Translations under genes and position numbers: made by a program
Notes under the pieces: generated by a model
Told to the model about the DNA's origin: nothing
Database searches by the model: none
The model's input: the letters and a program-made list of their open reading frames with translations, nothing else
Shown here: piece by piece, positions 7,933 to 17,948 of the stretch
How positions within the stretch are numbered: position 1 is the first letter of the stretch
How the letters are laid out: each line of letters starts with the position of its first letter
Virus record (IMG/VR): IMGVR_UViG_3300027833_000011
From: a virus
Lineage: Duplodnaviria; Caudoviricetes
DNA: 64,000 nt
Direction: 5' to 3' (one strand)

Positions 7933-10410
7933 ATGAGTAAAATGAGAGTATTAAAAAGAGATGGTTCTACTGACACGGTTAGATTAGACAAAATATCATT
8001 AAGGATTAAAAAACAAACTTACGGGTTAAATACCGATTATGTTGATTATAACGCAGTCGCAATTAAAGTCGTAAACGGTTTATATGATGGTGTAACAACA
8101 GATGAATTGGATAATTTAGCTTCTGAAACTGCTGCGTCTATGGCTACGATACATCCTGACTACTCTATACTCGCGGCACGTATCGCAATTACTGCGATGT
8201 ATAAAAACATCGACAAACAATTCACGTCGGTGGCAAGTAAACTATATAATTATATTGAACCAAAAACAGGTGAACAGGCAGGTATGATTTCTGACGGTAC
8301 ATATTCAGTAATTGAAAAGTATGGTGACAAATTAGATAAAATGGTTGTTCATGATAGAGACTTTAACTTTGATTACTTCGGTTATAAAACGTTAGAAAAG
8401 TCTTACCTATTAAAGATTGATGGTAAAATTGCTGAGACACCTCAGCACTTGTATATGAGAGTGGCCGTAGGGATATGGGGTGATAACATTGAAAAGGTTG
8501 AATCGACTTACAATATGTTATCAACAGGTGTTATGACACACGCAACACCAACATTGTTTAATGCGGGAACTAAAAGACCACAATTATCGTCATGTTTCTT
8601 ATTGGATATTGACGACGATTCTATTCAAGGAATATATAAAACATTATCAGATTGTGCTGCGATTTCACAATCAGCGGGTGGTATCGGTCTTAATATTCAT
8701 AAGATTCGTTCTAAAGGTTCTTATATTAAAGGGACTAATGGGACATCTAATGGTATTATACCAATGTTAAAAGTATTCAACGAAACTGCGAGGTATGTAG
8801 ACCAAGGAGGTGGTAAAAGAAAGGGGTCAATTGCCGTTTACTTAGAACCATGGCATGCTGACATCTACGACTTTTTAGATTTAAGAAAGAATCACGGTAA
8901 AGAAGAATTAAGAGCGAGAGATTTGTTCTTGGCGTTATGGATTTCAGATATATTCATGGAGAGAGTTAAGACCAATGGAGATTGGACATTATTTTCACCT
9001 AATGAAGTACCAGGATTGATAGATGCTTATGATGATGGAGAGAATAAGGCGTTTACTAACTTATATCAGAAATATGAATCTGAAGGTAAGGGTAAGACAA
9101 TTAAAGCTCGTGAGTTATGGGCGAGAGTATTGGAATCACAAATTGAAACAGGAACTCCCTATATGTTATATAAAGACCCTGCTAATGCTAAGTCTAATCA
9201 AAAGAATTTAGGGACAATTAAGTCGTCTAACCTATGTACTGAAATTTTAGAGTACACTGATAAAGATGAAACTGCGGTTTGTAACTTAGCGTCTATCGCA
9301 TTACCAAAAATGGTAAACATACCTGAAGGTAAAGTACGTTCACAAAACAAAGGGTTAAGAACGTTTGATTTTGATATGTTATATGATGTTGCTTACAAAA
9401 CAACAGTTAACTTAAATCAAGTGATTGATATTAATTATTACCCAACACCTGAAACTAAACGTTCAAACTTTAGACACAGACCGATTGGTATTGGAATCCA
9501 AGGTCTTGCGGATGTATTCGCAATGATGGGATATCCTTTTGATTCTGAATTAGCGTCTAAATTGAATAAAGATATCTTTGAGACAATTTATTTCGCAGCG
9601 GTTACTGCATCTAAGGATAAGGCGAAGGACGAAGGTCATTATGAGACGTTTAAAGGGTCTCCACTTTCTGAGGGTAAATTCCAATTTGAACTTTGGGGTT
9701 TCACAGATTCTGATATGTCAGGAAAATGGGATTGGAATTCGTTAAGAGATGAGGTGGTAAAACATGGTGTTAGAAATTCATTATTAATGGCACCAATGCC
9801 AACGGCATCTACGGCTCAGATATTAGGAAATAATGAATGTTTTGAGCCATTTACTGCTAATATCTATAAAAGAAATACTTTATCGGGTGAGTATGTGATG
9901 GTAAACAAACATCTTATACAGGATTTGGTAAATTTAGGTCTTTGGAGTGATAAGGTGAGGTTACAAATGTTTGCTGGTAACGGTTCAGTACAACACATCG
10001 ATGAGATACCACAAGAGGTTAAGGATAGGTACAAAACTGTTTGGGAAATTTCACAGAAGAAATTGATTGATATGGCGGCTGATAGAGGTGCATTTATTGA
10101 CCAATCACAGTCTATGAATTTATTTATGGAAGATGTTAACGCGGCTAAACTAACCGCAGCACACTTTCACGCATGGGAGAAGGGTCTTAAAACGGGTATG
10201 TATTATTTGAGAACGAGACCAAAGGCGGAAGCGTTAAAAGGTTTAGGTATTGATATGTCTACAATAGAAGAGACACCAAAAGAAGTTGTTGTCCCACAAA
10301 TTGAGACACCAAAAATAACACAACCAACACCAATGACCGATGAACAGTTATTGAATGATATGGTTTGTTCGTTAGACAACCCTGATGACTGTGAAGCATG
10401 TGGTTCATAA
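7933..10410 (+). CDS. nrdA: Ribonucleotide reductase class Ia, alpha subunit
   Basis: N-terminal ATP cone, ATPTLFNAG, SSCFL, SNLCTE, PTASTAQI and C-terminal CEACGS; no intein or intron visible. Confidence 0.97.
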   Translation: MSKMRVLKRDGSTDTVRLDKISLRIKKQTYGLNTDYVDYNAVAIKVVNGLYDGVTTDELDNLASETAASMATIHPDYSILAARIAITAMYKNIDKQFTSVASKLYNYIEPKTGEQAGMISDGTYSVIEKYGDKLDKMVVHDRDFNFDYFGYKTLEKSYLLKIDGKIAETPQHLYMRVAVGIWGDNIEKVESTYNMLSTGVMTHATPTLFNAGTKRPQLSSCFLLDIDDDSIQGIYKTLSDCAAISQSAGGIGLNIHKIRSKGSYIKGTNGTSNGIIPMLKVFNETARYVDQGGGKRKGSIAVYLEPWHADIYDFLDLRKNHGKEELRARDLFLALWISDIFMERVKTNGDWTLFSPNEVPGLIDAYDDGENKAFTNLYQKYESEGKGKTIKARELWARVLESQIETGTPYMLYKDPANAKSNQKNLGTIKSSNLCTEILEYTDKDETAVCNLASIALPKMVNIPEGKVRSQNKGLRTFDFDMLYDVAYKTTVNLNQVIDINYYPTPETKRSNFRHRPIGIGIQGLADVFAMMGYPFDSELASKLNKDIFETIYFAAVTASKDKAKDEGHYETFKGSPLSEGKFQFELWGFTDSDMSGKWDWNSLRDEVVKHGVRNSLLMAPMPTASTAQILGNNECFEPFTANIYKRNTLSGEYVMVNKHLIQDLVNLGLWSDKVRLQMFAGNGSVQHIDEIPQEVKDRYKTVWEISQKKLIDMAADRGAFIDQSQSMNLFMEDVNAAKLTAAHFHAWEKGLKTGMYYLRTRPKAEALKGLGIDMSTIEETPKEVVVPQIETPKITQPTPMTDEQLLNDMVCSLDNPDDCEACGS

Positions 10411-10430
10411 CCAAAAAAAAATAGATTGAT

Positions 10431-10457
10431 AAAAAGAGGACCTAAGTCCTCTTTTTT
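10431..10457 (+). terminator. Rho-independent terminator after nrdA
   Basis: AAAAAGAGGAC-CTAA-GTCCTCTTTTT followed by T. Confidence 0.9.
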
Positions 10458-10480
10458 ATTTATTGACTTTAATAGTGGGA

Positions 10481-10504
10481 GAAAATAGTTAATTTAATAT
10501 TTAT
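10481..10504 (+). promoter_or_regulatory. Putative late promoter (TATTTAT class) upstream of the baseplate operon
   Basis: GAAAATAGTTAATTTAATATTTAT; 23/24 identical to 12859..12882; 17 nt before the ATG. Confidence 0.6.
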
Positions 10505-10521
10505 AGTAATAAAGCAACTAA

Positions 10522-10980
10522 ATGGCGGATATAAATAATTTTGGGATTGATTTTCCTTTTTCGGATTCTACGAATGGGAAGTATTTAAAAATGACGAACA
10601 CTTCAAGTAAAGAAGTTAGGGCGGCATTGATTCATTTGTTATTAACAAGAAAAGGAAGTCGTTATTATTTACCAAGTTTTGGAACCAAACTATATGACCA
10701 TATCTTCGAACCAATGGATGAGAGTTCTTTCAGTAAGATACAACAAGATGTTGATGAGTCTGTTAAAGAATTTTTACCACAACTAACGGTTAATAGTATA
10801 AAGGTTACCCCTTATTTAGAAACAGAAGAAAGTCCTGGTGAGTTTACAACGGGATTAGACGAAAGACTTTATAGGGTGGCCGCTAAAGGTACTGAAGAGT
10901 ACACGGCCAAATTAAGGATTGATTACACAAATAGTATTGGTCAATTCGCAGAAAGAGATTACATTTTAATTAACATATAA
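10522..10980 (+). CDS. Baseplate wedge protein, gp25-like
   Basis: LLLTRKGSRYYLPSFGTKLYDHIFEP matches the gp25/GPW motif. Confidence 0.85.
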   Translation: MADINNFGIDFPFSDSTNGKYLKMTNTSSKEVRAALIHLLLTRKGSRYYLPSFGTKLYDHIFEPMDESSFSKIQQDVDESVKEFLPQLTVNSIKVTPYLETEESPGEFTTGLDERLYRVAAKGTEEYTAKLRIDYTNSIGQFAERDYILINI

Positions 10981-10982
10981 CC

Positions 10983-12818
10983 ATGGCAGATAAGATTTCA
11001 TACGTAGAAAGAGACTTTTTGGGGTTAAGAACTGAATTAGTTAACCTAACGAAAGAGTATTACCCAGATTTAATACAAAATTATAACGATGCGTCATTAT
11101 ACTCGGTATTCTTAGATATGAACGCTGCGATTGGTGATAATTTACATTATCATATTGATAGAACAATGCAAGAGACTGTGTTGGACTACGCACAACAAAA
11201 ACAATCGATATATAATATCGCCAGAACTTACGGATTAAAGTTACCGGGTAAAAGACCTTCAGTGACTTTAGTTGACTTTACAGTTAACGTTCCTGTTTCG
11301 GGAGATAAAGAAGATAGTAGATATTTGGGTATTCTAAGAAGAGGAGCTCAGGTGTCGGGTTCGGGACATATATTTGAAACGATTTATGATATTGATTTCT
11401 CAAGTCAGTATGATTTAAAAGGAAACCCAAATAGGACTAAAATCCCTATTGTCGATGGTTCGGGAACTATACTGTCGTATAATATTACGAAAAGAGAGGT
11501 AGTTGTTAATGGTGTTACAAAGGTGTTTAAAAAAGTTATTAGGCCTTCAGACGTTAAACCGTTTATGAGGTTATATTTACCAGATGAGGACGTATTAGGG
11601 ATTGTGGATGTTATAGAAAAACAAGGTACTACGTTTAGCACAATACCATCAGACGCAGAATTTAGAAAAACTAAAAATAAGTGGTATGAGGTTAAAAGTT
11701 TATCACAGGATAGAATTTTTACTCAAGACCCAACATCTCCTTCAGACCAACCAGGTGTTGTAAGGGGTAAGTATAAAACAGTTGATAGAAGGTTTATATC
11801 TGAGTTTACTCCTGAAGGGTTTGCATTTGTTACTTTTGGTGGTGGTAATACCTCGGCTCAAGACCAATTCGATACTTTCGTTGACTTAGAGGGGAGTTAT
11901 GATTTATTAGATTTCACAAATAACCTATCGTTAGGTAAGTCAGTAAAACCAAACACTACTTTGTTTATCAAATATCGTGTTGGTGGAGGAATAACCTCTA
12001 ATGTTGGGGTTGAATCATTAAACGACTTAGGTGATTATGATTTTTCGGTAACAGGACCGTCATCTAATATCAACACACGAGTTATTAACTCTTTAACTGC
12101 TACTAACGTAGCAGCCGCTATTGGTGGAGCGGACAAACCATCGTTAGAAGAAATTAGAAATATGGTTGCGTTTAATTTTGCCGCTCAAGAAAGAGCCGTG
12201 ACATTGAACGATTATAGAATATTAATAAAGACAATGCCAGCAAAATACGGAGCGCCATCAAAGGTGAACGTATTTGAAGAAGATAATAAGATAAGGATTA
12301 ATTTATTGTCTTATGATTCAGATGGTAGTTTAACAAATAAAGTTTCTAACGTTTTAAGACAAAACATCGCTGAATATCTATCAGAATATCGAATGATTAA
12401 CGATTATATTGAGACAGAAGTTGCTGAGATTATTGACTTAGGTTTTGAGATAGATGTTATATTAGATAAGAATGTTAATCAAACAGAAATTATATCTTCA
12501 ATTTTATCAGAGGTATCTTCATATTTAGAGATTGACGGTAGGGACTTAGGTGAGCACTTATATGTTGGAGAGTTAAAACAAATTGTTAACTCACAATCTG
12601 GTGTGGTTAACTTAGTGGATTTAAGAGTCGTTAATAAAGTGGGTGAGGGGTATTCAGATACCAAAACGGCTCAACCATATATTGATGAAGACACCAAACA
12701 AATTCAATTAGGTGATGAAACGGTTTATATGAGAAGTAATCAGATTTACCAAGTTAGGTTCCCAAGTAAGGATATAGTTGTTAGAGTTAAAACAATTTCT
12801 GCACCTTTGATTAATTAA
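10983..12818 (+). CDS. Baseplate wedge protein, T4 gp6-like
   Basis: DF..LRTEL, DR..QET.LD.AQ...SI..IAR..G and AQERAVT..DY motifs; follows gp25. Confidence 0.85.
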   Translation: MADKISYVERDFLGLRTELVNLTKEYYPDLIQNYNDASLYSVFLDMNAAIGDNLHYHIDRTMQETVLDYAQQKQSIYNIARTYGLKLPGKRPSVTLVDFTVNVPVSGDKEDSRYLGILRRGAQVSGSGHIFETIYDIDFSSQYDLKGNPNRTKIPIVDGSGTILSYNITKREVVVNGVTKVFKKVIRPSDVKPFMRLYLPDEDVLGIVDVIEKQGTTFSTIPSDAEFRKTKNKWYEVKSLSQDRIFTQDPTSPSDQPGVVRGKYKTVDRRFISEFTPEGFAFVTFGGGNTSAQDQFDTFVDLEGSYDLLDFTNNLSLGKSVKPNTTLFIKYRVGGGITSNVGVESLNDLGDYDFSVTGPSSNINTRVINSLTATNVAAAIGGADKPSLEEIRNMVAFNFAAQERAVTLNDYRILIKTMPAKYGAPSKVNVFEEDNKIRINLLSYDSDGSLTNKVSNVLRQNIAEYLSEYRMINDYIETEVAEIIDLGFEIDVILDKNVNQTEIISSILSEVSSYLEIDGRDLGEHLYVGELKQIVNSQSGVVNLVDLRVVNKVGEGYSDTKTAQPYIDEDTKQIQLGDETVYMRSNQIYQVRFPSKDIVVRVKTISAPLIN

Positions 12819-12858
12819 TCAAGTTTACATTACTTTGTATTATCTTATTATTAATTAG

Positions 12859-12882
12859 GAAAATATTTAATTTAATATTTAT
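12859..12882 (+). promoter_or_regulatory. Putative late promoter (TATTTAT class)
   Basis: GAAAATATTTAATTTAATATTTAT, 16 nt before ATG 12899. Confidence 0.6.
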
Positions 12883-12898
12883 CTAAAAAGAAACACGT

Positions 12899-15800
12899 AT
12901 GTCTAAATCCTATAGAATAAGAACTACACCAGGTGTAGATACTAACATTAAAATCAATATCGACCAAGACTTTGATACGTTAGATATCTTATCCCTAAAA
13001 ATGACACAAACAGGTGACTACACAAGTTTATGTGCTGACTTTGGTGTTGTGGTGGGTAGAGTGTTTACGAACGGGGGGTATGGAGTGCCAAATGCCCGTG
13101 TGTCTATATTTGTACCTATTGATAATATCGATGAGGATAATCCAGTTATTAATGAGATTTATCCCTTCAAAACATCCACGTCAAGAAACGAAAAAGGGTA
13201 CAGGTATAACTTATTACCTAATATAAGACAACATTCGGGGCATACACCGACAGGTACTTTCCCGTCTAAGGTTGATGTTCTGACACAAGAACATGTGTTA
13301 GAGGTATACGACAAATATTACAAATACTCTGCAAAAACCAATGACTCAGGTGACTTTATGTTGTTTGGGGTTCCATTAGGTACACATACATTACATTACG
13401 ACTTAGATTTATCTGACATTGGTTGTCAGTCTTTAGTTCCCTACGATTTGAAATATGAAGGAGTTTCTGATGAAAAATTTGAAAATGCGTATACATTTAT
13501 GTCGTCAGATAATTTAGATAGTCTACCCCAAATCATATCCACACAGAAAACCGTTAATGTTGAACCATTTTGGGGAAACCCTGAATTATGTCAAATAGGA
13601 ATTACTCGTTCAGATTTTGATTTAAAAGAAAGAGGTGTTAGGATAGACCCATACGCTATTATGATGGGTGGTACGTTTACTGATTCAGGTAAAGACGCAC
13701 TACGAGTGAGTTGTAATGTTGATAATCAGATGGGTGAGAAATGTCGACTAACTACATTCAAAGGGGACATCGAAGCAATACGTTTTAGCGGTCAGTATGA
13801 AACTAAATCAGATGATTCTGGAGAGATTGATATGAAAAGACCAATATTAGAAAGTGTATTGTTAGACACTCAGGTTGATGAGAAAGGGGTATATTTTTTC
13901 AGAGTTCCGATGAATATGAAATATGTCACAACTGACGAGTTTGGGTATTTAGTGGAATCTAAAGATGAAGATGTGGGTATACCGACTATGGGTAACTATA
14001 GGTTTAGAATAAGTTTAAACGAAGACACTGGAGAAAGAAATCGTTTTACGGGTAAGTATTTAATCCCTAACGTTAGGGAATATCATAATGATAATGACAC
14101 TAATTTTGTTGGTGGGAGGTCAACAATAGACCCTAAATCGTACTCATTCAGTACTAATTTAGATGATTATCCTGAGGCTGCAATATCTGAGATTGCGGGT
14201 ATGAGTCAAGATGCTATTAATAATAATCAAGTGGGAGTACCACAAGACTATTTTTATCAATACCGATATGGTAGGGTTTATACGGCGTCTAGCTTTATCA
14301 ACCAATATTGGAAGACAGGTTGGTGGGAGAGAGTGTTTAAGATTTTTGTTAGAGATAGGAATGAGTCTTTTATTGGTATAAAAGAGATTTGGCCGTCAGA
14401 AAAAGATGATTGTGCCAATACTAATAACTTCTTTCCGATTAATGATGCGGTTAGAAATCATAGGTTTAATTTCTTTATTTTAACGATACTTAGTTTTGTT
14501 GATTATCTCGGTAAGTTTATAACGTTACTGATAAATGAATTTGTAACTAGAGTGTTGTTTCTCATTGCCGCGGCTTTAGAAAGTATTAAAGTGGCTAAAA
14601 GGGCAGCGGCTAAGATGTATAGAAATGCGAAAGAATACCAATTTAATAATATTATGAAGTTGAGGTTAATCACATATCCCGATTGTTATGACTGTGAAGA
14701 GGATGAAAACCCAAATCAAACAACTACGAATGTAGATATTATTGATAGTGACGTGATATCTACATATGAAGGAGACACCGTACCGACACCAACACATCAA
14801 AATTTAGATTTTGAAGAAAAATATACTCGTGTCTCTGATGATTGTTGGTTACATACGGTAAAAAATGAGACACCGAATGATATAACAATTTTATCTACTG
14901 ACTTTAAAGATTGTGATGGAGAATATATGATTAATGATATTGTTGTATCTCCTGATGAAGAAATAGAACTAAGAGGTGTGAGATTTAACACACAAACAAC
15001 CACCCAAGAACTTATTTTAACCAATTTAAATCTTAGCTTTCCTACATTACCAAATAACGTTGCCAATCCTAGAGAACTAACAGAGCCACAGTCATATAAC
15101 CCTGACGGTGATTTATACTTTCCGATTGGGTTGATACCACCCCCCACAGTTGTTAATCCTGGTGGGGAAGAAATTTATCTATATGAACGATGGGTTATTA
15201 GGATAAATGTATTTGATGATGAGACTGTAGTAGTACCAATTGGGATAGGTCAGACCTATGATATAGTATGGAGTGAGCAATGGAATACATGGGTTATTAA
15301 AGATATCTATGATGAAATTGCTGAAGTATTAGCAGAGGTTTATAATAAAGAGGTTGATGAACCTATTTCAAATACTTGTCACCCTAATAGTGGTGTAGTA
15401 AAGGTTGAATACCTTTGGAAGATTGATGATGTTGAACCTGAAGATGTGGTGTTTACTGAAATAGAGTCGGGTTGTTCTAAATATGACTATATTATAGAAG
15501 ATGAGCCGGGTAGTAATGGTTTTTTTGGGGGTGATATGAACTTAAGACCGTTTGTCGATGGATTTGACACTACTGGTGACGGTATTGAGGATATAGTAAC
15601 ATATGTAGAGGCTAAAGAATATTTAGATAATAATCCACCGAGAGAGGATATATTTCCTTTTACGACAGGACAAAGTGCGATTTGGCGACAATATGACACG
15701 ACTGAAAATTATGAAGAAAACATTTTAGGCGAGAACGAAGAAGAATGTGAACCAAGACCTCCATATAACGTTTTAGCAGTTCTTTCTAAACATCGTAAAG

Positions 15801-17275
15801 CAGGATTAGATGAAAACCCCGAAAAGTTTAGAAATGGGGTACTACATTGTATATATAATGGTCGATATTATGGTAAGGTAAAGAAAAAAGGACCATATCG
15901 TGTTGATTCAGATGCGGCAAAAAAAGGAACAATTTCGGGTTATTCTGAATTTAGAGACGGTGTTTACACCATAGTTCCTTTAGCTGGAAGAACCGGTGAG
16001 ATGTTAAACGACTACAGAAGAAGAAAGTTATTTGGTAAATTAATGTGTGGTGGTGTGGTTTCATATACCTTCTCTAACTCATGGTTAAATGGGGCGTTAT
16101 ATTTCTTTCAGTTTATGAAAAGAGGTAGTAATAGATATTGTAAAGACTGTTTATATAGGAAAGTAGATGAAACTGGCGTTCACTACTATTACAGGTCATC
16201 ACCATTTAATCCAAACTATAGTCAAGGAGAAAATCAATATAACTACAGTAATGACGGGAACAATATAGGTTTAAATAGTCAATTAACTGAGGACTATATG
16301 AATAAAACTAAAGGGTTTTATGGGGTTTCTAGAGACGGGAATCACAGAGAAATTAATTATCCAACGACTGTGATGGATTTAGGTCCTAGAAATACTTGGT
16401 TAAATGAGATTTGTGCGGATAACGAATTAGACCCTAACTGTTCAATAAGTAGAAGTGTTGGTGCCACCTCATATAAAGGTGTTGATGACCTAATGGAATA
16501 TATTATACAGTCAAAAGAAATTAAAGAAAGAGGTCGATTAAAGGTTAGTGATTTATTTGATAGTAGGAAAGGTAAGATTGATGGGGATATTTCTCAGTTA
16601 ATGAATTTTAACACACAAACAGGAATATATCCGTTTGAAATTGAAGAAGAGGACTCACCGTATATGGACCTATATAATGGTATTTTTGATTCTAAAGGGC
16701 CTATAGGAATTAAAATGTTTTATTCTGAAGACGACCCCGACACTCCTGAGTTAGAACAATTAGGAGGGTTAATAAGGGCCTGTCTTAATGAACCTGGAAG
16801 GTTAGGTGATACATCACAAAGAGTTCCCTATTTTTTATGGAATACTAGGGGTCACGGTTTTGGTGAAAGAGTGGTAGGTGATGGTAATAGTGTCAACGGA
16901 GTGTTTAATGACGTTGCGTTACCATTTTTTGATGAACTTGGTGCGATTTTAAGTAGGTCAGGTGAAAAACAAAGTTATTACGAGAATAAGGTTTATAACC
17001 AAAGACTACAAATGTTTAAAGCAAATCTTAATGAAGATTTAAACAATGACCCGTCGGATAATGAATATCTTAAACCTTATTTATTACCTCCAATCATCGA
17101 TTGTATTGAGGTCAATGGTGAAAAATTAAAGGCTAATGACAATTATAAAGAGTATACTGTTAATCAAAAACGTGCTCATTTTATGGAAATAGGTGTTCCG
17201 TTTCATTTCCAACTAGGGTTGAGAAAAGGTTCTACCGCATATGATAAATTTGTTGAAAATTACGGACCTAAATAA
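12899..17275 (+). CDS. Large virion structural protein (baseplate-associated, 1458 aa)
   Basis: Position after gp25/gp6; acidic and Cys-containing, with beta-rich segments. Confidence 0.6.
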   Translation: MSKSYRIRTTPGVDTNIKINIDQDFDTLDILSLKMTQTGDYTSLCADFGVVVGRVFTNGGYGVPNARVSIFVPIDNIDEDNPVINEIYPFKTSTSRNEKGYRYNLLPNIRQHSGHTPTGTFPSKVDVLTQEHVLEVYDKYYKYSAKTNDSGDFMLFGVPLGTHTLHYDLDLSDIGCQSLVPYDLKYEGVSDEKFENAYTFMSSDNLDSLPQIISTQKTVNVEPFWGNPELCQIGITRSDFDLKERGVRIDPYAIMMGGTFTDSGKDALRVSCNVDNQMGEKCRLTTFKGDIEAIRFSGQYETKSDDSGEIDMKRPILESVLLDTQVDEKGVYFFRVPMNMKYVTTDEFGYLVESKDEDVGIPTMGNYRFRISLNEDTGERNRFTGKYLIPNVREYHNDNDTNFVGGRSTIDPKSYSFSTNLDDYPEAAISEIAGMSQDAINNNQVGVPQDYFYQYRYGRVYTASSFINQYWKTGWWERVFKIFVRDRNESFIGIKEIWPSEKDDCANTNNFFPINDAVRNHRFNFFILTILSFVDYLGKFITLLINEFVTRVLFLIAAALESIKVAKRAAAKMYRNAKEYQFNNIMKLRLITYPDCYDCEEDENPNQTTTNVDIIDSDVISTYEGDTVPTPTHQNLDFEEKYTRVSDDCWLHTVKNETPNDITILSTDFKDCDGEYMINDIVVSPDEEIELRGVRFNTQTTTQELILTNLNLSFPTLPNNVANPRELTEPQSYNPDGDLYFPIGLIPPPTVVNPGGEEIYLYERWVIRINVFDDETVVVPIGIGQTYDIVWSEQWNTWVIKDIYDEIAEVLAEVYNKEVDEPISNTCHPNSGVVKVEYLWKIDDVEPEDVVFTEIESGCSKYDYIIEDEPGSNGFFGGDMNLRPFVDGFDTTGDGIEDIVTYVEAKEYLDNNPPREDIFPFTTGQSAIWRQYDTTENYEENILGENEEECEPRPPYNVLAVLSKHRKAGLDENPEKFRNGVLHCIYNGRYYGKVKKKGPYRVDSDAAKKGTISGYSEFRDGVYTIVPLAGRTGEMLNDYRRRKLFGKLMCGGVVSYTFSNSWLNGALYFFQFMKRGSNRYCKDCLYRKVDETGVHYYYRSSPFNPNYSQGENQYNYSNDGNNIGLNSQLTEDYMNKTKGFYGVSRDGNHREINYPTTVMDLGPRNTWLNEICADNELDPNCSISRSVGATSYKGVDDLMEYIIQSKEIKERGRLKVSDLFDSRKGKIDGDISQLMNFNTQTGIYPFEIEEEDSPYMDLYNGIFDSKGPIGIKMFYSEDDPDTPELEQLGGLIRACLNEPGRLGDTSQRVPYFLWNTRGHGFGERVVGDGNSVNGVFNDVALPFFDELGAILSRSGEKQSYYENKVYNQRLQMFKANLNEDLNNDPSDNEYLKPYLLPPIIDCIEVNGEKLKANDNYKEYTVNQKRAHFMEIGVPFHFQLGLRKGSTAYDKFVENYGPK

Positions 17276-17276
17276 T

Positions 17277-17948
17277 ATGAAACGAAACCCGAGTCATTTC
17301 ATAATATATTTTCTTTATAAAGAGGAAGAAAAGTTATTATATAAGTTTTTATCTAAAATAACCCATAGTGTTATGGGAACAACAACAAATATTGATGGGA
17401 TTATACGTGATATAAACAAGTTTGTTAAAAAATACGAAGGTATTAAACTTAAACAAATTAACTTGACCAGTTATGGTTCTGGTTATAGGTTAGTTGAGGG
17501 GTTAACTAAAGAAGATGTTATTAAAGTGATAGACTCATTGAGTTCTGTAATAACTAAAGAAACTAAGATAATGTTTACTACCTGTTACAGTGGGTCTACC
17601 TATCGAAAACTTGTGGAATTGTCAGAACATTATGATGGTATGGGTATCTATGGTATGTATGGTAATTACGGACTAACGTCTAAGATGACTAAGTGTAAAT
17701 GTAAAGAAAAGGGGTTAAGTCAAAAAATAATAAATGAAATACCCAAAAGTAGGTACGGGTTTGAACATGATGAGGTTATGGTAGTGAATACTATTAGGAG
17801 AGATGAAAATGAAGTGATTAATTGGAGTCGTTGTGGAATGGCATATCAATACGACAAAACTATGAAAGAAAATGGTGTTTGTGAAGAATCTAAACAACCA
17901 TATACGTTATTAAAATCGATTAGGAATTATTTATTTAATATACAGTAA
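17277..17948 (+). CDS. Hypothetical protein with a caspase/CHAT-like pattern (His replaced by Tyr)
   Basis: LTSYGSG and MFTTCYSG resemble the HG...xCxxG dyad; start moved to the ATG just after the upstream stop. Confidence 0.4.
   Translation: MKRNPSHFIIYFLYKEEEKLLYKFLSKITHSVMGTTTNIDGIIRDINKFVKKYEGIKLKQINLTSYGSGYRLVEGLTKEDVIKVIDSLSSVITKETKIMFTTCYSGSTYRKLVELSEHYDGMGIYGMYGNYGLTSKMTKCKCKEKGLSQKIINEIPKSRYGFEHDEVMVVNTIRRDENEVINWSRCGMAYQYDKTMKENGVCEESKQPYTLLKSIRNYLFNIQ

Noticed and set aside
5534-10410. Inteins or group I introns in dnaB, nrdB or nrdA
   Set aside because: Lengths are ordinary and the conserved motifs are contiguous.
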